Part shown: positions 57,122 through 64,000 of the stretch, piece after piece
How the letters are laid out: each line of letters opens with the position of its first letter
Numbering within the stretch: the stretch's first letter is position 1
Source of the DNA: an uncultured Planctomycetota bacterium
GTDB taxonomy: Bacteria; Planctomycetota; Phycisphaerae; Tepidisphaerales; Tepidisphaeraceae
Reading direction: 5' to 3'
Length of the DNA: 64,000 nucleotides
Assembly (NCBI GenBank): GCA_963841915.1
Contig: CAWJEN010000005.1
Coordinates: 192,001 to 256,000, forward strand
Notes under the pieces: generated by a model
Seen by the model: only the letters and a program-made list of their open reading frames with translations
Told to the model about the DNA's origin: nothing
The model's database searches: none
Made by a program: the position numbers and the translations under genes

Positions 57122-58041
57122 CGCCATCCCAGCCAGCGAAGGAACGGGAACGCCGCAGCCGAAAGGTCGAGTCGGAGTCGTGTCAAGATGCCCGCGTAGC
57201 CGCTGCGATGAAGGTGGTGCAACCACGGCCGCCTTAGCGTGTGACGCACCCCGCTATTCCACGGCTTGTGTCCGCCGCAGAGGTGGTAGATTGCCGGCCC
57301 CGCCATATTTCGGTCGGCGAGTGGTTGCAGTTCTACAGACGGCGGCTCCCGCTCAGCCGTCGGCCCGACCAGTCGGCTGATCGGAACGTTCCACCGTGCC
57401 GGCAGTTCCGCCCATTTCCCAGCCATGACGTAGTTCAACGCGTCCTGATCGGCCCACACCAAAGAACTTGCATGCCGGCGAACGAAATCGAGGGAACGCT
57501 CCGTCAACGACTCGGCCTGCCATTGCCCCCGGTCTATCACAAGTACACCGGCGTTGAACGCCGGGGCGTCCGGGGCGGAAAGCTCCTCCCGGCAGTAATG
57601 AAGACACCGATCGCTAGCAAGGGTGCCAAGGCCGACGTCTCGGACGGCGGCAAGCGGATGTCCATTCAGGTCGTGATCGTGCAGCTCTCCGACGTCCAGA
57701 TTGATCACCAAGTCAGCATCGAGGTAGATTAGAGGACCAGGCCCCGAAATCAGGTTCGGGAGGAACAGGCGAGTGTAACTAATCGGCGGGATGTGGGCGA
57801 CGGCGGGTAACCCGCGCAGCTCATCGACTGGAATTTGCTGAGGTCGAAGCCACGTTTTCCTCCGACGTGCGACCAGTCGAGTCAATCGATCGATCAGGCG
57901 AGCCGGCAATTGGTCGTGAAGAAGATGGACCGTGACATTCGAATCGGATGTGAGGTGCCGGACCAGCCCATCTAGCGCAACTGCAAGGCTGAGCACGCAC
58001 CGACGGTCAGCGACGAACACGACCTCAATCTCAGCCGACAC
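57118..58041 (-). CDS. Glycosyltransferase family 8
   Basis: YTRL, YLDAD, FNAGV, DQDALN, H...KPW. Confidence 0.92.
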   Translation of the reverse strand: MSAEIEVVFVADRRCVLSLAVALDGLVRHLTSDSNVTVHLLHDQLPARLIDRLTRLVARRRKTWLRPQQIPVDELRGLPAVAHIPPISYTRLFLPNLISGPGPLIYLDADLVINLDVGELHDHDLNGHPLAAVRDVGLGTLASDRCLHYCREELSAPDAPAFNAGVLVIDRGQWQAESLTERSLDFVRRHASSLVWADQDALNYVMAGKWAELPARWNVPISRLVGPTAEREPPSVELQPLADRNMAGPAIYHLCGGHKPWNSGVRHTLRRPWLHHLHRSGYAGILTRLRLDLSAAAFPFLRWLGWR

Positions 58042-58086
58042 CGGACTCCATCCGTCGACCAGTCGCCGAGTCGAGCGATAAGCGGC

Positions 58087-59016
58087 TCAAGGTTCGAGTA
58101 CCCGCAGCCCGACGCCGATTGTTTTCAGGATGGTCGGCCTGCATAGCGATAGAGCGTCGATGCGGACGGCGCGGCTCAAGTGTCGCCAGAACCCGGCGTA
58201 GTCACCCGACGCAGCGGCGGCTCGCGCTGCATTGTGAGCCCGCTGGGAATAGTGGCCGCGCGCGCTACGCCAAACCCTCCACCATTGACGCACCCTAGCC
58301 AGCGACTGCGGCCACCGCCCCACATGCTTGCTTGCAAGCCGAGCACGCCCGAGCCACATAGGCCAGTAGCTGTTCGAGGCATTTCCGGCGTGGACGCGGT
58401 ACTTCAACGCGACTCGGCCATCGCCGACGGCGGCTTGATGTTGAAGGAGCCGAAGGTTCAAGTCCCAGTCGTCGCTACCTCGAATCGACTCGTCCCAACC
58501 GCCGATGTCCCGAACCGCTGACGCCCGTAGAAGCGTCTGCCCTGGCGACCGGATGAGCCAGTGCTCGAGCATCGCGTTATAGAACTGCCCGCTGCGCGGC
58601 TTGATCGGGTCTGATTCCGTACGTCCGTCTGGGTGGAACATTATGTGCGCGCCGTATACGAAGGCGGCTTCGGGATGGCACTCGAGTAACGGCACCTGCC
58701 ACGCCAGCTTGTCGGGTGGCCAGAGGTCGTCATCGTCGAGGTAGGCTAAGAATTCGCCCTGCGCCAGCCGGAGCCCATGGTTCCTCGCCGAGGCTTGCCC
58801 GCCGTTCGATTGTTCGACATAGCGAATGCAGGCATTGGACCGAATAAGCGGTCGCAAGACGTCTGCCGTGTTGTCCGGGCTGCCGTCGTTGACAATGATG
58901 AGCTCGAAGTCCCGGAAAGTCTGCGCGAGCACCGATGCGATCGTCTCGCCGACGTACGCAGCGTGGCGGTAGGTGGGGATGATGACGGACACCCTCGGCT
59001 GGTCGCTCAGCGACAT
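58087..59016 (-). CDS. Glycosyltransferase family 2
   Basis: SVIIPTY, NDGSPD, ARNHG, YLDDDD. Confidence 0.93.
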   Translation of the reverse strand: MSLSDQPRVSVIIPTYRHAAYVGETIASVLAQTFRDFELIIVNDGSPDNTADVLRPLIRSNACIRYVEQSNGGQASARNHGLRLAQGEFLAYLDDDDLWPPDKLAWQVPLLECHPEAAFVYGAHIMFHPDGRTESDPIKPRSGQFYNAMLEHWLIRSPGQTLLRASAVRDIGGWDESIRGSDDWDLNLRLLQHQAAVGDGRVALKYRVHAGNASNSYWPMWLGRARLASKHVGRWPQSLARVRQWWRVWRSARGHYSQRAHNAARAAAASGDYAGFWRHLSRAVRIDALSLCRPTILKTIGVGLRVLEP

Positions 59017-59951
59017 CTTGGAATCTCGCTTTCAGCCACCGGACGGGCTCGCCCGCCCAACATCCGCCGACCGATGCCGAGGAACAGATCTCGCGCCTGC
59101 GAGTCCCGCGGCACCCTCAGGGCCAGCGGCAACAAGTGCTTCAACGCCGTCAGCGGATGACGGTTTCGAAAAGCGTGGCGGACGAGGCTCGCTTCCCCCT
59201 GCGTCTGCGTGCCGGGCGTCGCCAGGGGAATTCTCGGCACGGCGACGCCTCGGCGGGCCGATGCGTTCTCTAGCGCCCGTTGCATCGCCTCGGTTCCCTC
59301 CCGGCTACGAGCGGTGGACACGTTCCCGCCATGGCAGCGGTAACGCAGTACAAGGTCCGGCACGTTTGCAAGCCGACACACCTCGGCTGCGCGAAGCCAC
59401 AGATCGTAATCTTCCGCCGGCTCCATTGCTGGGTTGTACCCAAGGTCACGAAGCACGTGCGTCCTAAACATGGCGGCCGGGTGGATGATCTGTCCTGCTT
59501 CCCCCGCCATATGGCGCGAGTCGATCTCATCATGGGCTAGCGGGACCGACCACGGTCGAATCTTCCAGCCACCTGCATCGATGCGAAAGCCCTGTCCGCC
59601 CACGACGCCGAGCCGCGGGTCCGCTTCGAGCGCCGTGACCTGCGTAGCCAGACGACGCGGCAGAGACACGTCATCCGCGTCCATCCTCGCGATGTACCGT
59701 CCGCGTGCCTCGAAGACTCCGCGGGCAAGTAGATTGACGTAGCCCGTCTTTGCCGCCTCGATCAGCCGCAGCCGGGGATCGCGCTGTGCGAGCTTACGAA
59801 GGATCTCTCGAGTTCCGTCCGTTGAGGCATCGTCGTAGACCAGAAGCTCGAGATCATCGTATGTCTGCCGAAGCACACTGCGAACGGCTGCCCGGATGTA
59901 GCCGCAAGCATTGTGGGCCGGCATGAGGACAGTTACGTGTGGCGTCTTCAC
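59007..59951 (-). CDS. Glycosyltransferase family 2
   Basis: DDASTD, ARMDADD, AEDYDLW. Confidence 0.93.
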   Translation of the reverse strand: MKTPHVTVLMPAHNACGYIRAAVRSVLRQTYDDLELLVYDDASTDGTREILRKLAQRDPRLRLIEAAKTGYVNLLARGVFEARGRYIARMDADDVSLPRRLATQVTALEADPRLGVVGGQGFRIDAGGWKIRPWSVPLAHDEIDSRHMAGEAGQIIHPAAMFRTHVLRDLGYNPAMEPAEDYDLWLRAAEVCRLANVPDLVLRYRCHGGNVSTARSREGTEAMQRALENASARRGVAVPRIPLATPGTQTQGEASLVRHAFRNRHPLTALKHLLPLALRVPRDSQARDLFLGIGRRMLGGRARPVAESEIPRCR

Positions 59952-59964
59952 GACCCTGACAGAG

Positions 59965-60885
59965 CTAGTGCCCGCGCATCAAGTAGGCGAAAGCCTTCCA
60001 GGATCGGAACGAGAATGGGTGACTTCGGACAGCATCGAGAATTGCCGGTACGGCAGCAACTCTCCCTCGGTCCTGAAGAATCCTGCGAAAGCGTCGTCGA
60101 TGTCTCATGATGGGGTCAACACGCCGGTGTGAGAGCACCGACGGCTTGTAACGGGTTCCACGACGCCGATGAGCTTCGGCGAGCATCGCGTGCATGTCCT
60201 GCGTCTGCCGCTCTGACTGCGCCTGATTCGTCTGATCCGGATGCATGCGATAGTACAGCAGCACCTCCGGTAGGTTCGCCAGCCGGCCGCGCTCGGAGAG
60301 GCGCAGGTACAGGTCAAGGTCCTGCGCCGTGCGGTATCGCTCGTCGTACCCGCCTAGTGCCAACAGGTCGTTACGCCTCGCCATCATACTTGGGTGGCGA
60401 ATTGCTCCGCCGTTACCGCGAAAGAGGTCACTGACGATCATGTCGTGCCGCAATGGCGTGTACTCCAACGCGAGCAGTTCACCCCCCGGATCGATTGCGA
60501 TCGAACCTGTGCCGAGACAGACGCAATCAGTATTACTCGGGTCGTCGAGGTACGACACCTGCCGCAGGAATCGTTCTGGGCGGCAGATGTCGTCGCCATC
60601 AATTCTTGCAACCATGCGGCCTCGGGCTTCGGCGAGAAGTTTGTTGAGGCTCGCCGTCAGACCACGGTTGCCGCCGTCAGGTCGGTGGACAATGCGAATG
60701 CGTTCGTCGCGTTTCGCGTAATCGCTGAAAACTTGACCACTGCCGTCCGACGAACCATCGTCGAGCACGAGAAACTCGAAGTCGTGGAACGTCTGGCCGA
60801 GGACGCTCTCGATTGCTTGAGCGAGGTAGGGCTGGCCGTTGTGCACGGCCATCAACACCGAGACCGTCGGCACATGTTCGCTCAT
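59965..60885 (-). CDS. Glycosyltransferase family 2
   Basis: SVLMAVHN, DDGSSD, ARIDGDD, QDLDL. Confidence 0.92.
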   Translation of the reverse strand: MSEHVPTVSVLMAVHNGQPYLAQAIESVLGQTFHDFEFLVLDDGSSDGSGQVFSDYAKRDERIRIVHRPDGGNRGLTASLNKLLAEARGRMVARIDGDDICRPERFLRQVSYLDDPSNTDCVCLGTGSIAIDPGGELLALEYTPLRHDMIVSDLFRGNGGAIRHPSMMARRNDLLALGGYDERYRTAQDLDLYLRLSERGRLANLPEVLLYYRMHPDQTNQAQSERQTQDMHAMLAEAHRRRGTRYKPSVLSHRRVDPIMRHRRRFRRILQDRGRVAAVPAILDAVRSHPFSFRSWKAFAYLMRGH

Positions 60886-62084
60886 GCTGACAGGAGCAGC
60901 CGACGTGCCGCCCTTTTGAGCCGACGAAGACTCAGACGGCTCGACTCCGTGAGCCGCATTGGAAGCTGCCTTACCGCCGCGAGCCGTTCCCCCCGGCGAT
61001 CGACGTCGGTCAGCCCGTGGGCAGTGCGGTCCCACCTGCGGTGCCAGCCCATCGAAAGGTGGTCGTTGAACCGCATGGGCAGGCATGGCTCGTCCGCGAG
61101 CACTTCCCCGATCAGAGCTAGCGTATGGACGCGGAACCAAGTTGGAAACGCCGCCGAGTGTCCCGCCGGCGTCGCCGTTGCCGGAATACCCATGTGCGTG
61201 TACTGGCCGCGCTTCGCGTAGGGGTATCCGCCGTCGGGGTTCTGGAGCGCACGGATGTGCCGAAGACACCGCCGCAGGGCCAGCCTGATTTCCGCCCGGC
61301 GGTAGTCGAGCTGCTTGTACAGGTTCACGAGAATGTCCACGGCGTCGACATCCTCGCAAGCCCCACTGTTACCCCACGGGTTGAACCCGCCGTCAGGCCC
61401 TTGGATCGACAACGCCGAGTCGACGAGCCGCTCCGGATAGAGAATCGATCGATCCTCGTGGTAGTAGACCAGCAGCTGGTGGTACCCGCCGTAGAGGGCT
61501 TGATGCACGGGAGCGCCGTGCTGTGTGCCCCACAGGCCGGCCCCCGGGTCAACGCGCTCGTCGAGCCAATCGAACCAGAGCGAAAGGGCCGCGTTGGCGT
61601 GCGGGTGGCGCTCGTGGTCGCGGAGGTGAATCAGGAGGTGCCCTGCGAATAGGAGATTGTTGCCCTCTAGCCAGGCGTTGTAGACGAGGTCGCGCTCGCC
61701 GAGCCACGCCCGCAGCCGATCGAGGTCGGCGAATTGCTCAGCGGCAGCGCGCAACGGCCGGAGCGGCAGGTCCCATTGCCGGAAGACCGGCAGAATCGAG
61801 CAGGTCGAGTGCAGGACGAGGTGCTCGCGGTCGTGCGACGCGCCCGCCGCCGGCGTCCAGTCGCGTAGCTCGGGGCCGTAGATGTAGCCGTCCTCGTCCT
61901 GCCAGGAGGCGAGCAGAAGGGCGGTCGCGTCGGCGGGCGAGGTATCGTGGCCGAGGTAGTGGCGGGTGAGAAGCGCGTAGCCGGTGCCATAGCAGGTTGC
62001 GGCATCGTGATCTGGTGTCGAGGCATAGCCATCGCCGCGGGCGAGGGAGTCGACGAACTGGAGCGTCGCGCCGTGCCGGCTCAA
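60882..62084 (-). CDS. Prenyltransferase/squalene-oxidase-repeat (alpha/alpha barrel) protein
   Basis: Repeated QW-like motifs WQDEDG, IQGPDGGF, LQNPDGGY; TTGA-coupled start. Confidence 0.7.
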   Translation of the reverse strand: MSRHGATLQFVDSLARGDGYASTPDHDAATCYGTGYALLTRHYLGHDTSPADATALLLASWQDEDGYIYGPELRDWTPAAGASHDREHLVLHSTCSILPVFRQWDLPLRPLRAAAEQFADLDRLRAWLGERDLVYNAWLEGNNLLFAGHLLIHLRDHERHPHANAALSLWFDWLDERVDPGAGLWGTQHGAPVHQALYGGYHQLLVYYHEDRSILYPERLVDSALSIQGPDGGFNPWGNSGACEDVDAVDILVNLYKQLDYRRAEIRLALRRCLRHIRALQNPDGGYPYAKRGQYTHMGIPATATPAGHSAAFPTWFRVHTLALIGEVLADEPCLPMRFNDHLSMGWHRRWDRTAHGLTDVDRRGERLAAVRQLPMRLTESSRLSLRRLKRAARRLLLSA

Positions 62085-63070
62085 GCGGACGCCTCGCTGC
62101 GGTGGGTGATCCGGCCGACACCGCGGCGGAGCCGGCGGACGACCCGGCGGGCTTTCTGCGTTGCAGAAGCGGCGAGTTCGGCCGAGCCGAGCCGCACAGC
62201 GCGGCCCCACTGCCGCTGGGCGACAGCGCGGGCATAGGACGTGCCGGGCCGCATCCAATAGTCGTCCCGCTCGACCGCCCGGTCGATCATCGGCCAGTCG
62301 ATTTCGCCGGTCGATTCCATTTGGTCGAGCAGGTGCTTAAGCAGCGTGTCCTCGACCGGCCGGCCGCCCTTGCTGAAGAAGTGGACAATCCGTGCTCCCT
62401 GCGCCAGCCGCGGCTCGCCGTCGATCATGGCGTTGAGGCTTGTTGAAAGCTCACGAGCTCGGACATTGACTGCCTCAATTGCGCTGTTGAGAGACGGCTG
62501 ATCGCGGTGGTCTTTCATCTCGTCAATGCATCGGACCCAGCGTTCGTGCCAATGAGCGCAAAGGACTAACGCTGCTTGCGTATCGGCCCAGAACGTTACG
62601 CCGCTGTTAAAGTACTTTCGAGTGGGATGACTCCACTCCAATGCGACGCTGATCTGCCGAGCGGCTTCCGGAAAAGCCGGCGTAGGCGATAGTCGATTGC
62701 GATCTTGGACCGCCCCGAAGTCGGCCTCGCCCAATGCGTCCGCTACCGCCGGTACCGGGCGTACCACGAGCGTATCCACGTCAAGGAACACAAACGGCCT
62801 CTGCACGCGAACCGCTAGACTCGTCTTCAAAGCGCGGCTCGCGGGCGCGCCAGCCGGACGATCTACCTCAAACGCTTCGATCCGGTCTACAAGCGGGCCA
62901 ACATCTTTCCAGATGTCCAAGTCGGACGCCGTGGCGGGATCGGTGCAGATTGACACACGGGCGTCTGGATGATGCCGCCGCAAACTCGACACTGCTAGAA
63001 GCAACATACTCTGGTAAACCTTCTCCTTGCCCGACAGGATGTATACGAAATGTTGAACGCCTGAGCTCAT
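62081..63070 (-). CDS. GT8-like nucleotide-sugar transferase
   Basis: FLDVDT, YFNSGV, DQPSLN, IVHF. Confidence 0.8.
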   Translation of the reverse strand: MSSGVQHFVYILSGKEKVYQSMLLLAVSSLRRHHPDARVSICTDPATASDLDIWKDVGPLVDRIEAFEVDRPAGAPASRALKTSLAVRVQRPFVFLDVDTLVVRPVPAVADALGEADFGAVQDRNRLSPTPAFPEAARQISVALEWSHPTRKYFNSGVTFWADTQAALVLCAHWHERWVRCIDEMKDHRDQPSLNSAIEAVNVRARELSTSLNAMIDGEPRLAQGARIVHFFSKGGRPVEDTLLKHLLDQMESTGEIDWPMIDRAVERDDYWMRPGTSYARAVAQRQWGRAVRLGSAELAASATQKARRVVRRLRRGVGRITHRSEASA

Positions 63071-64000
63071 GCGACCCTCATCTGCTGGAGGTTGAGCTTC
63101 TTGAGGAACATGTCGACCTGTTCATATTGAGGCTGAATATGACCAGGCTCCCACTCCACCTGACCCCCCGTTTCATCAATGATTCGCCATGAACCAGGGC
63201 AACCTGCAACAGCTGCCATTGAGAATGTATACGTCACTTCTACCAATAACGGCCCTTCAGGGCCACGTAGTATATCGACGGCACAGCATCTTGATCCTAT
63301 CACTCTTGCTGCCCGAACTGCAAGTTTGATAGCGCTAAGATCGACAGCGTCCTGGTCATAGTCGATTAGTCCGCTCCCACTCGCCCGGAAATCGTTCGGC
63401 CTATTGTACCTACGAAATGCAAAGACTCGATCGCCGATGACCGTCACCCGTGTATCAAAAGCATTGGCAGGAACAAGCTCTTGAGCAATAAGGTAGCCAG
63501 CATGGACCGGCCAGTGCCAATCGCTCTCGATGGCGGCTGAGTTTTTCATCCGGTGCACGGGGTTAACTACCTGCCTCATGGACAAGGTCGCGCGTCGAAT
63601 ACGTTTTCGAAGAGGTAGCGTTTCAACATCAGACAGCTGCTGGAGACCTCGGTCAAAGAACCTGTCGGCAAAACTCTCTGCCTCCGACTTCGTTTCAACG
63701 AGCTTTACCCCAGACGAACCTGCACCTGAAGCCAGCTTGATCACGAACGGGAAAGGGTGCTCGCTGAGCCAACGGTCCAGATCAACCCGACGCGTGAACA
63801 CCCAGGTTTTCGGTGTCGGCAAGTTAAGTGCAGCGAAAAGAACGGCTTGTGATGCTTTGTCATCATAGTGCCATCTCATCGACAGGTCCGGAAACACCGG
63901 TATTGATAAACCGTGCTCCGCGACGCTGAGGACTCTCATCGCGTGCTGCATCATCCATGGCATTTGATAAAAGCGCCACATCACAGCATCCACCTCAGCT
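63067..64000 (-). CDS. RimK-like ATP-grasp ligase (5' end beyond window)
   Basis: DDK..Q, FPFVIKL..GAGS.GV, QE..P..FDTRV, FRASGSG, VD. Confidence 0.85.
   Translation of the reverse strand, partial: AEVDAVMWRFYQMPWMMQHAMRVLSVAEHGLSIPVFPDLSMRWHYDDKASQAVLFAALNLPTPKTWVFTRRVDLDRWLSEHPFPFVIKLASGAGSSGVKLVETKSEAESFADRFFDRGLQQLSDVETLPLRKRIRRATLSMRQVVNPVHRMKNSAAIESDWHWPVHAGYLIAQELVPANAFDTRVTVIGDRVFAFRRYNRPNDFRASGSGLIDYDQDAVDLSAIKLAVRAARVIGSRCCAVDILRGPEGPLLVEVTYTFSMAAVAGCPGSWRIIDETGGQVEWEPGHIQPQYEQVDMFLKKLNLQQMRVA

Overview
High-GC bacterial DNA, most likely a planctomycete (Phycisphaerae/Tepidisphaerales-like). This is inferred from a LEPRxLL export motif, a PEP-CTERM/exosortase system and recalled gene families, not from a search. 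There are four blocks. (1) 1-24286 is the right part of a lambda-like siphoviral prophage: terminase, portal, protease/scaffold, capsid, tail, cI/cro switch, RecE/RecT-like pair, CsrA-like gene and tyrosine integrase. It ends in the 3' half of a tRNA-Lys(UUU) (att core). (2) 24310-30801 holds host genes (recO, ECF sigma, rlmN and others). (3) About 30800-38030 is a repeat-rich accessory patch: a GNAT gene, a coiled-coil+FN3-like gene flanked by REP-like hairpins and 7n-bp arrays, a 3x203-bp array carrying orphan copies of a gene 3' end, and RloC-like and PEP-CTERM genes bounded by GGGGTCAG-type short inverted repeats. (4) 38041-64000 holds mfd, a DUF2254-like gene, tRNA-Val, epsI/exosortase and a long glycosyltransferase cluster. 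Several accessory genes carry single-base frameshifts, from either decay or sequencing error. The most unusual signals are in block 3 and in a structured, tRNA-like non-coding stretch of the prophage. All product names come from motif recognition without database searches.
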